DNA of 17,423 bases, taken from Pseudobacteriovorax sp. (GTDB taxonomy: Bacteria > Bdellovibrionota_B > Oligoflexia > Oligoflexales > Oligoflexaceae). Positions 1-8,862 of this stretch are shown one piece after another. Both the position numbers and the translations under genes were made by a program. Every line of letters starts with the position of its first letter. The stretch's first letter is position 1. The notes under the pieces were generated by a model. That model was not told the DNA's origin, made no database searches, and saw only the letters and a list, made by a program, of their open reading frames with translations. The stretch spans positions 1 to 17,423 of the forward strand of contig JBNKNM010000110.1 of assembly GCA_050293845.1 (NCBI GenBank), given 5' to 3'.

Positions 1-3000
1 AACGCTCAGTTTACAGCTAACGAGTCCTTAGACAGCTCCTTTTACTTTGAATTTAATGAGGCTAATACTGGCTTTTTGAAAAGTATTGATAACGGTCAGG
101 GCCTTACTCATACATTTGTCTACGAAAGAATTGCGCCTGCAATAGGCCAGATCCACCGACCAGTAGTCCTTGCCTCTATGAAAACTCACAGCCAGGGAGA
201 GGGCCAAAAAGAGATATTCTTTAACTACAACAAGCCAAATTTCAGTGCGAAGAATCAAAGACTCCTTGGATTTAATGCGGTTGTTAGTGAGACCAATAAT
301 GGCACCATAAGTCAGTCAAATGAAGTCAATGAAGATCGCAGGCTAAAGGTGATAAAAAAAGATATTTTTGATAAGGTTTCAACCACCACCAGCACTATAG
401 AGTATTCTTATGCAAATATAGCCTTTGATAGTCTTAGCTTTGAGCTAATGCATAATGAAAAAGCTTACTTCAGTAAGGGTGGGGATAAGAGCTTTTCGAC
501 AACAAAGTCCCTCAGCTATGACGGCATTTGTGCTAGTACAGCCAAGAACATCTTTGAAGATTCATCTTTAACCATAAGTAAAAAATATTTTGACCATAGG
601 GACTGGACTGACTACCCCCACTGCCTTGATTCCGAAGTCATCTGGTCAGGCAGTCATCAAGACGCTTCTTTAGACTTTGCACATCACATTAAAAAACTAA
701 GAAATTCCCAAGGACAAGTTGAAAACTTATTATTAAAAGTAGGAACTGGGGAACATTTAGCCCAAGTGATGGGATATGACGCTACATCGTCAAGGCTTTC
801 TGATATTAAAAATGCAGACGGCTCTACCTTTCACTTTGACTATGATAATAATTTTGAATACTTGCGTAGTGTGAATAAGAATAACCTCTCACAACTAGAA
901 AGCCATAGCTATGACCAAGTATTGGATCGTGTGTTAACAATGCGCACTGCTAGAGGTAACCAGTATTATTCAGAAACATTTGGATTTGACCATCTGGGGC
1001 GCTTAGTTGAAAGTTCCGACAGTATGAATACATCATCTTCGCCGGTTACAAAATATAGCTACAGGTTTGGATCACAACTAATGCCTGCATTTGTACGCTC
1101 TCAGACCCTTTTTAACTCCTCATATGAGGACGAGATCCTGCTGACCAGCCCAACATCTAACTCTGCAACAAGCTTAAAAAAAGGAGCATCGGGCTACTAT
1201 CTGGCAAGCAGAAAGACTAAGAATATTAATACCCTCAAGGAGGAGATAAAAGTTTCCGATAAGATTTTTTCTGATCCCTTTTCTTTGCAGCATATTTCAG
1301 ACTACGAAGATCGAAATGTTACTCAAAACTGGCCTACGAAGCTGTTCCCCGTGAGTAAATCACAAACAAATTGGCATAGTAATATTGAGGAAAACCTTGA
1401 TGTTTCTTATAATATTGCAGGCGACTACTTAAGTAGGACGGAGCAGACAAACTCTTCATTTACGAAAAATTGGCTTACGAATTCACACAATAAGCCGGCC
1501 TACTACCTCGACGAGCATCAAAACTTATACCAATACAAATATGACGCATTAGGCCGTCTACGAAGGATTGTTTTACCTTCTGGAACGAACCAAACCGTTG
1601 ACTATAATAACTATGGTGAGGTGGTGAAAATTTCTCGTGATCAGGTGGGCTCAATTACTTTCACCTACGATGAAACGACAAGACTTCTTAGGGAAAAATC
1701 CTTTTTTGATGTTAACGGTGATTTAGATAGGCTGGAATCCTTCAGTTACGATTCCTATGGCCGCATTGATAGCATTAATTACCTCAAGGGCCAAGACAGC
1801 ATCAGCCATAATTATTTTTATGATGGCAGGAACACAAAAAATCCCAACCAAGTTAATGGACAACAGGACTTTCTTACTGCTGTTGCCGGGAAGGATTTTG
1901 AAAAAAGATTTGTCTTTTATCCTGATGGTAGCATGAAAGAAAATGAGCTTTGGATAGAGAATGTCCTTAGTCTCACAGAAACAATGTCCTATTATCCAAA
2001 CCATAGTCTCAAATCTCATAATGTTATTGATCATGTGAATGGCTACAGCTACGAACTAGCATACCGATATAACGATCTTGGTCAGTTATCAGATTTTAAC
2101 GTTGCTGGAACTCAGTTAACAGTACTTTATGATGATTATGGCCGCTTATGGTCCGTAAAAAGTATTGATGGTCAAGGCTACGAATTTTTTTATGATGCCT
2201 ATACTAAAGCTAAGGACGGTTTTAATGCTGATAAGAAAAGCTATTCGTGGCGATTTAATAGGCGTGGTTTAGTAGAATCTGAAAATTTCGAACTAAACCT
2301 CAGTGAAAATACTAGAAACTATAGCTATGATAATCGTGGCTTTTTGGAATTATCACAAGATAAATACTCTACGTTTAACTATAGCTATAACCATGATGGA
2401 CTTCCAACAAGTTTTAATGAGAGATTACCAGAGGCCAATTTTAAAACTGATACTTCGGGTAGAGTAGTTTCAATAGACAATAGAACATTTGAATACGGCT
2501 CCATGGGTAGGTTACGAAAGGTTTTAACGGATAAAGAAGTCCTTGAGGATTATGTTTACGATGAAAATCGTTATTTGTTATTCAAAAAGAACAAAGCTGG
2601 AATCAGGACTATCTTTGCGGGGCCTATTGTTATTTCTGAGGTAGAGGGAACTTGGCATAAGATTACAGTTCAGGGCCAGGTAATCGGTTTCATACAAAAT
2701 GGCGTTTTTAGTTTTGGATTCTTCGATCAGAGAGGAACCAAACTAGAAGCCATTAGCGATCAGCAGATTACACCTTTTGGGTATGCAAGTAACAGCAAAG
2801 ACAATTTTTTTCAATATACTGGTCAAAGCACACATTTTTCTTCTGGGCTAGTGAGTATGGGAAAAAGGTTTTATGCTCCTAAAATTGGTAGGTTTACTAC
2901 TCCTGATCCATTGTTTCTTAGTTCTCCTGATGGTTGTGTTGAGAGTCCTATTGAATGTGGGCTATTTTCATATGCCAAAAACAACCCCATAACTTATACT

Positions 3001-3624
3001 GATCCGTCAGGAACTATAGCTGACGATAGTATCGGTCCGCTTAGTAAGCCATTTGAAAATCAGGAAGAAGCTGCTGCATATCGTCATAATATGGGCGCAT
3101 TTATGACTATAGCTGCAGATACTATGGAAGATTTAAAGCCACTTCCTGATCTATTAGGGCTTGGAGCTCTATTAAGACATTCAGGAAGAACTCTTTTAAA
3201 ATCTTCTATTAATGCAACGGAGGAACTGTCTAGTGCTTCAACTTCAAAAATAGTAAATTTTGCTAAATCGCTTCAAGGTGGAGATCTATACACAGGTGTA
3301 GACAAATTTAGAGAAATTACATTAAAAAAAGGGACTGTTATTTTTGGCGGTACACCAGGTCAATCAAATTTCTACACAACAGCAAAAGCGCTTCAAAACT
3401 CAAGCTACAATGCAAAGGAACTTTTTCAAGGATTGCAGGTCGCTAGTCATAAAGACTTTGGATTTAGACCTGGCATGACAGCATATAGAGTTAAGGAAAA
3501 TACTTCAGCGGCTTTTGGAAGAGCTTTAGAAAATCAAAGATTTGGTGAGGGTGGGTTTCCACAGATAGTAATTAAAGATTATGAAAAATATCTAGAGCCA
3601 ATTTATTCAGTTAGATTAGATTAG
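1..3624 (+). CDS. Rhs/YD-repeat polymorphic toxin, 5'-truncated, with C-terminal toxin domain
   Basis: Frame 1 has no stop from base 1 (NAQFTANES...), so the true start lies upstream of the window. Many YD repeats (YKYDALGRL, YDSYGRI, YDDYGRL, YDNRG). Rhs core motifs RFYAPKIGRFTTPDP and YAKNNPITYTDPSG (DPSG at 3001-3012), followed by a ~200-aa variable tail. Confidence 0.95.
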   Translation, partial: NAQFTANESLDSSFYFEFNEANTGFLKSIDNGQGLTHTFVYERIAPAIGQIHRPVVLASMKTHSQGEGQKEIFFNYNKPNFSAKNQRLLGFNAVVSETNNGTISQSNEVNEDRRLKVIKKDIFDKVSTTTSTIEYSYANIAFDSLSFELMHNEKAYFSKGGDKSFSTTKSLSYDGICASTAKNIFEDSSLTISKKYFDHRDWTDYPHCLDSEVIWSGSHQDASLDFAHHIKKLRNSQGQVENLLLKVGTGEHLAQVMGYDATSSRLSDIKNADGSTFHFDYDNNFEYLRSVNKNNLSQLESHSYDQVLDRVLTMRTARGNQYYSETFGFDHLGRLVESSDSMNTSSSPVTKYSYRFGSQLMPAFVRSQTLFNSSYEDEILLTSPTSNSATSLKKGASGYYLASRKTKNINTLKEEIKVSDKIFSDPFSLQHISDYEDRNVTQNWPTKLFPVSKSQTNWHSNIEENLDVSYNIAGDYLSRTEQTNSSFTKNWLTNSHNKPAYYLDEHQNLYQYKYDALGRLRRIVLPSGTNQTVDYNNYGEVVKISRDQVGSITFTYDETTRLLREKSFFDVNGDLDRLESFSYDSYGRIDSINYLKGQDSISHNYFYDGRNTKNPNQVNGQQDFLTAVAGKDFEKRFVFYPDGSMKENELWIENVLSLTETMSYYPNHSLKSHNVIDHVNGYSYELAYRYNDLGQLSDFNVAGTQLTVLYDDYGRLWSVKSIDGQGYEFFYDAYTKAKDGFNADKKSYSWRFNRRGLVESENFELNLSENTRNYSYDNRGFLELSQDKYSTFNYSYNHDGLPTSFNERLPEANFKTDTSGRVVSIDNRTFEYGSMGRLRKVLTDKEVLEDYVYDENRYLLFKKNKAGIRTIFAGPIVISEVEGTWHKITVQGQVIGFIQNGVFSFGFFDQRGTKLEAISDQQITPFGYASNSKDNFFQYTGQSTHFSSGLVSMGKRFYAPKIGRFTTPDPLFLSSPDGCVESPIECGLFSYAKNNPITYTDPSGTIADDSIGPLSKPFENQEEAAAYRHNMGAFMTIAADTMEDLKPLPDLLGLGALLRHSGRTLLKSSINATEELSSASTSKIVNFAKSLQGGDLYTGVDKFREITLKKGTVIFGGTPGQSNFYTTAKALQNSSYNAKELFQGLQVASHKDFGFRPGMTAYRVKENTSAAFGRALENQRFGEGGFPQIVIKDYEKYLEPIYSVRLD

Positions 3625-3630
3625 ATTAGA
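3611..3630 (+). repeat. (TTAGA)x4 tandem repeat across the Rhs stop codon
   Basis: Read directly: ttaga ttaga ttaga ttaga. Confidence 0.9.
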
Positions 3631-3638
3631 AGGGAATT

Positions 3639-4052
3639 ATGATTTCGATACCGATAAATGAAGAAATTTCCATTTCATCAGAACTTTCTGAACAAGAATT
3701 TTTGAACTCTGAATTTGGTCAACATTCTGATAGAGGAGCTAATGACAAAGATAAAATTCACTTTTACTCGACAAAAAGATTTTCTCTTTTTGGAATAAAG
3801 GTTTCATGTAACATTTTATTTAGTAATGGAAAGATCTACTACTGCCAGTTTATTCCTTATATAGAAGGGGCATCTTGGTCTAATCTATGTACAGAACAAA
3901 CGAATTCTACTTTAGAAATATTGAAAGAAAAATTGGAACAGCAATTCTCCATTTCTATTCCATACAAATCAAAAACAGAAAGAATTTATCTACATCATGA
4001 ACAAAAGGATTGGACGCGATCATTAGCAATACAATTTCAAAATAGTCTTTAG
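3639..4052 (+). CDS. Putative cognate immunity protein of the Rhs toxin (137 aa)
   Basis: Small ORF 14 bp downstream of the toxin stop, same strand, with an AAGGGA RBS-like site. This is the canonical toxin-immunity arrangement; function is inferred from position. Confidence 0.7.
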   Translation: MISIPINEEISISSELSEQEFLNSEFGQHSDRGANDKDKIHFYSTKRFSLFGIKVSCNILFSNGKIYYCQFIPYIEGASWSNLCTEQTNSTLEILKEKLEQQFSISIPYKSKTERIYLHHEQKDWTRSLAIQFQNSL

Positions 4053-4147
4053 ATGGCCAAAAGTTTAAAATTTAGTATTCAACAAAAACATCTAAAATGA
4101 AGTCCGAAAAGGGAAATAGTAGGAAGCCCTCAAAAGTACTAGGCTAC

Positions 4148-4585
4148 TTATTTCCCATCTTCTTCCGCGATTTCTTTTTCTACTTCTAGATCAAGCTCTT
4201 TCTTAGCTTCATCAGACAGATAAGATGCATAGATCCCAACTATACTCCTCATAAAAAACTCACCGACAGCGGGTTGAATTGTAGCTAAGGCTTTTTTCCA
4301 CTTTTCATATTTTTGCTCTACTGAATCGTTAGGAGCTACCAGAACAGCAATATAAGAGCATCCTTCTCTAAATTCAGGGTAATAGCCAAAATCTTCTTCA
4401 CTTACGAATTTCGGTTTCAAGGTTCCCTGTAGATAAGCCCCTAGTTTTTTTTCCGCATTAATATCATTTGAATCAAAGAAAACGGCGCTTAACTTCGCAA
4501 TTATTTTTTTAGCATGTCTAGGTGACTTAAACAAATTTTTGGGAAAGATAAAATCAGGAGAGGGGTATATTCTATCGTCTGGCAT
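4148..4585 (-). CDS. Hypothetical protein (~145 aa)
   Basis: Long ORF; the ATG at 4585 is preceded by GGAG and is preferred over the TTG at 4597. No recognisable motif. Confidence 0.65.
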   Translation of the reverse strand: MPDDRIYPSPDFIFPKNLFKSPRHAKKIIAKLSAVFFDSNDINAEKKLGAYLQGTLKPKFVSEEDFGYYPEFREGCSYIAVLVAPNDSVEQKYEKWKKALATIQPAVGEFFMRSIVGIYASYLSDEAKKELDLEVEKEIAEEDGK

Positions 4586-4666
4586 ATGTAACTCCAAGAA
4601 GGCGTACTTTTGTCTAGATTTTACAAGAATAGCGTAGATTTAGCTAGTGTCAAATGATACCTAAAC

Positions 4667-5089
4667 TTATAACTTTATCTGTTTTAGCTTTTTAGCACAA
4701 TAAATGAGATACATTTTTTCATTTTCATCTAGGTACTTATCCAGACGCTTCCATTCTACATCAGATTCCCTGGTATAGTCTCTCAGGCAATACTTCATAA
4801 AATCTTCTAATAATTGCTTAGGTGGCCTTTGAGTTATCAATAAGATAGTTTTAACAACTTGCTTTGCCGTTAGCTTATGGCCATAGATAATACCGTTCAT
4901 CCTTTTCAAGGAAAAAATTTTTGCCAGCCGTTCGTTATTACCCCTCAACGATAACTCTCTTAAGAGATCAATCAACACATTTATTATCATAGTGCTACCG
5001 ACTAACTGGATTTGGCTCTGTTCATCAAGAATACACCTAACTTCAACTACTAGCTTTGATAGCAAGTTTTGAAAATCAGAATCATTCAA
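4667..5089 (-). CDS. Hypothetical protein (140 aa)
   Basis: TTG start preceded by GGAGG; helical-looking sequence with no recognisable family. Confidence 0.65.
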   Translation of the reverse strand: MNDSDFQNLLSKLVVEVRCILDEQSQIQLVGSTMIINVLIDLLRELSLRGNNERLAKIFSLKRMNGIIYGHKLTAKQVVKTILLITQRPPKQLLEDFMKYCLRDYTRESDVEWKRLDKYLDENEKMYLIYCAKKLKQIKL

Positions 5090-5147
5090 AGGAAATCCTC
5101 CGAGATAGAGTGATCAATCAATGTAAATGATATATGAGAATACAAGT

Positions 5148-5453
5148 CTATTTAGTAAATTTTCGGCTTTCAAGATTGCCTGTAAATATATTCAACTTTA
5201 GTTCAAAGCCGTTCCATGTTTTGCATACAACCTTATCTCTCACTATCTTAAAGCCAACAAATGTATCCGATTTCGAGGTTAATTCTGTTTCCCATAATTT
5301 ATTAGAATTCACATCTACAGCATAAATTCTTGACATTCCTTCGAGACACTCTCGAATCAGAATAATTTTAAATTCCTCTGTCTGAGCTATCATTGAATTA
5401 GGATAAGATTTTTCCATTTCATTCATCCTTAGTATCATCCTATTTTCTAGCAC
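5148..5453 (-). CDS. Small beta-rich protein, possible orphan immunity protein
   Basis: GTG start with GAGGTG RBS. The pattern IYAVD..N.LWE...TWNGFE..LN..TG..ESRKFTK resembles small proteins recalled from positions next to polymorphic toxins (not searched). Confidence 0.6.
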   Translation of the reverse strand: MLENRMILRMNEMEKSYPNSMIAQTEEFKIILIRECLEGMSRIYAVDVNSNKLWETELTSKSDTFVGFKIVRDKVVCKTWNGFELKLNIFTGNLESRKFTK

Positions 5454-5614
5454 CTAAACACCTCACTATCAATGCCAAAAAAAAATAATAATTGTACTAT
5501 TAGTGTAATCTTTATATGACATTGCGCACTTGCTACTCATTTTATTATTTAAAGTTTTAAACTTGAAAATAAGCATGAATCGGCAATATATTATGTTTAC
5601 TTCATGATCATCAA

Positions 5615-6205
5615 TTGCACTATTGGTGTAAAATAGAAAGGATAGTGACTTTGTATTTCATAAATATCAACGATATTAATACTAAAAAAATAAACGAGGG
5701 AAAGCGATACGATTTTGGAGATGGCCCTGAGATGGTTCTTGCGGTTTCAGTACTTAAAAACCAAGATCGAATATGGATTAAGACTGAGAAAAGGGAGCTG
5801 CTATATAGATGTAGTGGTGAAATCATTGGGTCAGCCGACTACGTAAAGAGAGTAATAATAGCAGAAGACGATCCTGAATTATCCGCAACCCTTCATCACT
5901 TGATTGGCTTGTTTGAAACCTGTTTTATTCCGCATGTAGTTAGCAATGGTCTAGATGCATTAAACCTTTTTCATGAAGTAGGAGCAAACTTAATCGTGAC
6001 GGACCATATAATGCCTATACTTAATGGAGAATCTTTAATAGAAATCATAAGAGCAACTAACGTAAAAGTTCCCATAATCCTAATTTCAGTTGATAAAGAG
6101 ACTGTTCACAAGTTTAATGATCGGTTAGATTCCAATCTATACTGCCTATTAAAACCGTTTAAAACCACTGAATTAGAAAAGATTGTAGAAGGTATTTTTA
6201 TATGA
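5615..6205 (+). CDS. Response regulator receiver (REC) protein with N-terminal extension; start uncertain
   Basis: REC motifs IIAEDD, IVTDHIMP (phosphoacceptor Asp), ILIS and LLKPF. A possible alternative GTG start lies at 5645. Confidence 0.85.
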   Translation: MHYWCKIERIVTLYFININDINTKKINEGKRYDFGDGPEMVLAVSVLKNQDRIWIKTEKRELLYRCSGEIIGSADYVKRVIIAEDDPELSATLHHLIGLFETCFIPHVVSNGLDALNLFHEVGANLIVTDHIMPILNGESLIEIIRATNVKVPIILISVDKETVHKFNDRLDSNLYCLLKPFKTTELEKIVEGIFI

Positions 6206-6438
6206 AAGAAAAAATCATAGAATTTTTGAGTATTCATAACTTCTCACAAAGGGAGTCAGAAATATTTCGAGAAATTTTGTTGGGTGAATCGACAGACGCA
6301 AAAACAATCGCCAAAAAGTTTGGAATAAGCGCAAATACCGTCAGGATTCATTGCAAGAATATAAATTCTAGACTGGGAACTGATAGTAAGTCAAACGCTA
6401 TGCAAATATTTATTAGATATCTGAATCATAGTATTTGA
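6202..6438 (+). CDS. Stand-alone LuxR/GerE-type HTH regulator
   Basis: FSQRESEIF...KTIAKKFGISANTVRIHCKNINSRLG is a LuxR C-terminal HTH signature; ATGA overlap with the REC gene. Confidence 0.9.
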   Translation: MKEKIIEFLSIHNFSQRESEIFREILLGESTDAKTIAKKFGISANTVRIHCKNINSRLGTDSKSNAMQIFIRYLNHSI

Positions 6439-6470
6439 CGGGTGTTTAGGCTCTCGTCATAACAACTGCA

Positions 6471-6992
6471 TTAGTCAGAAGGGGGATTTCTTTTAAAATT
6501 TAATTGCTCAATTGTTTTTTGAATTTCCGAATCTATATAGTCTGAAGGGTTGATTTTTTCAAGATTCTCAAGAAACTTTTTATAGTCCGCTTTATTAGGC
6601 TTAATTCCAATAAGAGTAGAAATATCTTCAACCAACATCCTAAGTCCAATTTCGGTCATCGGGATCTTCTTAAAGTTAAAATTAGTTGGAAACTTTACCG
6701 CTTTCTCTTCTCTCATTAAAAGAAAACATGCTGAATTTATGTTTCTTTTATCTATTAATATATTGAACAATTCTGAGGGTGTTTTTTGCGGATTTAACAT
6801 AACATATATATCTGCTTGATAAAAAATGATCACACTCGAAATCATTTCGGCCAATGCCTTTGTACTCCCGGTACCTGCTTCGAGATGATTAAAAAGCGAG
6901 CTATTAAATACTTTACTAAAAAATGAGCTTATCTCAAAAGCTATACTGAGGTCATCCAGCTCGCTTAGAATAAAAGTATTTTTATGCTGCAT
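6471..6992 (-). CDS. Hypothetical protein (173 aa)
   Basis: Long ORF with GGAG upstream of the ATG; no recognised motif. Confidence 0.65.
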   Translation of the reverse strand: MQHKNTFILSELDDLSIAFEISSFFSKVFNSSLFNHLEAGTGSTKALAEMISSVIIFYQADIYVMLNPQKTPSELFNILIDKRNINSACFLLMREEKAVKFPTNFNFKKIPMTEIGLRMLVEDISTLIGIKPNKADYKKFLENLEKINPSDYIDSEIQKTIEQLNFKRNPPSD

Positions 6993-7177
6993 CTGAATTG
7001 CTCCGTTTAAATGATTTTGCGCACTGTTATGACACTATAATGACATAAAACACGATATTATATTGCACAAAATAATCCAACTCTTTCTATTTTTAACTGT
7101 CCTAATGCGTAGTATTTTAATCTGATTGAATAAATTGAACGGTGGTTTAATTTATTTACAATTTGGATATTCCTACA

Positions 7178-7726
7178 TTATTCGTTTGATCTATCGTATT
7201 TATGTATCCAATCAGCCATATAATCCTCATCACTTAGCCGAGGTTCGATGCAATATCTATTATACGCAAAGCCGTGTAAAAGACAAAACAGCTCTACTCT
7301 ATACTCAGAGGGTTTATGATAGCCGCATTCCCATTTATTCCAGGTTGACCAAGAAGCTCCTGGGATCATCTTAGCTGCTTCTGCTACCGTTAATCCTGCG
7401 CGTTTTCGCATAGCTTTAACTCGCTTTCTATAAAAATCTACTTGTAGGTCGTTTAATGGTATTGGACGCCCTCCTCTTCTAAAACGTTTTATACCCTTGT
7501 TTTCGAGATTATATTCGTCGAAATTTAACCCAGCCTTCAGACAAACAATATATATGATGGTGTCGTCAATTCTTGTTTCACCATGCTTCCAACGATACCA
7601 GCTAGCTTTGGCAGTATAAGGAAGAAAATCCTTAAGAAATTCGGTCGAAACTGAGTGACCACACTTTATTTCCAAAGTCGATAGTGTTTCAAAAATGATG
7701 TTTTTCTCATTTTTTGTCAATTCCAT
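7178..7726 (-). CDS. XRE/Cro (KorC-like) transcriptional regulator, apparently with two tandem HTH units
   Basis: C-terminal VKAMRKRAGLTVAEAAKMIPGASWSTWNKWECG..PS..VELFCLLHG. The N-terminal KASWYRWKHGETRIDD...IVCLKAG looks like a second unit. GAGGG RBS. Confidence 0.8.
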   Translation of the reverse strand: MELTKNEKNIIFETLSTLEIKCGHSVSTEFLKDFLPYTAKASWYRWKHGETRIDDTIIYIVCLKAGLNFDEYNLENKGIKRFRRGGRPIPLNDLQVDFYRKRVKAMRKRAGLTVAEAAKMIPGASWSTWNKWECGYHKPSEYRVELFCLLHGFAYNRYCIEPRLSDEDYMADWIHKYDRSNE

Positions 7727-7791
7727 TAAGCTATCCCTCTAATGACTACTAACAATTCAAGAAGATGCAAAAATAATTCATTCTATAAATA

Positions 7792-7925
7792 ATCCGTATT
7801 ATATCCTTGACGGTACCCATGGGTCCCGCTAATAAAATAAAGTCTCAACCGCAAAGGGCAAATAGCCTAGGTAGCAAAGGAGAGAACACAGGTTAAATTT
7901 CCGGGGAGATCCGATCTTTTTTTTA
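7792..7925 (+). repeat. ~135-bp repeat, copy 1 (promoter plus putative sRNA), inverted relative to 10189-10324
   Basis: Manual alignment to the reverse complement of 10189-10324: near-identical 5' block, diverged ~25-nt middle, a 36-nt identical block (7878-7913), then a T-run. Confidence 0.95.
7807..7835 (+). promoter_or_regulatory. sigma70-like promoter P1 with palindromic operator
   Basis: TTGACG-17 bp-TAATAA. GGTACCCATGGGTCCC (7812-7827) covers the spacer and is one mismatch from a perfect palindrome. Confidence 0.65.
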
Positions 7926-8102
7926 AAAGGCACACATACCTCGATGTCATATTAAAATATACGAAATATCATTCCTAGACATACTAAGATTCATCAATTA
8001 TTCATGAAACTATTTTACCACCTCCTTTGCATGTATAAAATATAGAATATAACACGAATTTTATCAACAAAAATAAAGATAATAATACGGACTATTTTTT
8101 AT

Positions 8103-8131
8103 TTGACGGTACCATCGTATCCCGCTAACTT
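8103..8131 (+). promoter_or_regulatory. sigma70-like promoter P3, third member of the same promoter family
   Basis: TTGACG-17 bp-TAACTT, sharing TTGACGGTACC....TCCCGCTAA with P1 and P2; it lies upstream of the DUF3560 operon. Confidence 0.7.
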
Positions 8132-8194
8132 CTAATTATCGGTTAGGGAAAAGTCCTTCTCTAAAAGAAAAATCAAAAAACAAGGAGAGTTATA

Positions 8195-8339
8195 ATGTTC
8201 CATTAAAGGAATACGGGTTTTTAACTTAATACATGCAACAATGTGGGACGATGCACAGCGAGACTGGGTTAATGGGTTAGTAGAATCTCTAAGCGAAGAT
8301 AATCCCGATTGGGATTTTGAATACCGCAAAACTAAGTAA
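8195..8339 (+). pseudogene. Frameshifted small ORF (about 47 aa if repaired)
   Basis: Strong RBS AAGGAG then ATG TTC CAT TAA. Removing one base joins the ATG to the open frame IKGIRVFNLIHATMWDDAQRDWVNGLVESLSEDNPDWDFEYRKTK*. Confidence 0.45.
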
Positions 8340-8379
8340 ACCAACAATCAATTATAGATAGAATTAAGGAGGCCAAAAA

Positions 8380-8688
8380 ATGGTCAATGGGAAAGTGCGT
8401 TCAAAGGATGACATAGTAAAATTAGCGGAAGCCTTAAAGCAATCAGTCTCTAACTACCTTTGGTTTAAATCATATTATAGTAAGTATCCAAGCGAATATG
8501 CCACTCATAAGCTAAAGGAATCAGAAGATAGAATTATCTTAATTTTAGGTTCCTGGTACAGTGATATCAATCTAAAAATGACCACCCGAAGACGTGAACT
8601 TGTAATTGATATTCATCTTAACCTAGTAGCTAAAAAATCTCTGCAAACGATCTATATCACTCCGCAGGAATTACAGAAAAAAATATAG
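8380..8688 (+). CDS. Hypothetical protein (102 aa)
   Basis: AAGGAGG RBS before the ATG; intact ORF. Confidence 0.8.
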   Translation: MVNGKVRSKDDIVKLAEALKQSVSNYLWFKSYYSKYPSEYATHKLKESEDRIILILGSWYSDINLKMTTRRRELVIDIHLNLVAKKSLQTIYITPQELQKKI

Positions 8689-8699
8689 GAAATTTTTTC

Positions 8700-8807
8700 A
8701 TGACAACAAGTATAGATGATCAAAAATCAATTTTTAGTGAGATAGGGCAAGAAGTAAAAAAGATAATCGTTAAACTAAAAATAAAGAGATGGGGTGAGTT
8801 AAATTAA
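8700..8807 (+). CDS. Micropeptide A (35 aa) MTTSIDDQKSIFSEIGQEVKKIIVKLKIKRWGELN
   Basis: AGGA RBS; ungapped similarity to the 9735-9833 peptide (13/29 identical) with synonymous codon differences. Confidence 0.7.
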   Translation: MTTSIDDQKSIFSEIGQEVKKIIVKLKIKRWGELN

Positions 8808-8862
8808 ATCATTTAGTAACAACAATTTTATTTCCACATAAGTATCAAGGAAGAAAACTATC

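Noticed and set aside
28..2034. Minus-strand ORFs 28-258 and 1723-2034
   Set aside because: Antisense shadows of the Rhs gene with no motifs.
7849..7882. GGGCAAA...GCAAAG resemblance to a c-di-GMP-I riboswitch
   Set aside because: It lacks the GNRA-capped P2 and the P3 receptor, and these bases are not conserved in repeat copy 2.
8018..8030. CTCCTTTGC complementary to GCAAAGGAG (7874-82), a possible anti-SD pairing
   Set aside because: Only 9 bp, beyond the T-run that probably ends the transcript; equally explained as a decayed minus-strand RBS.
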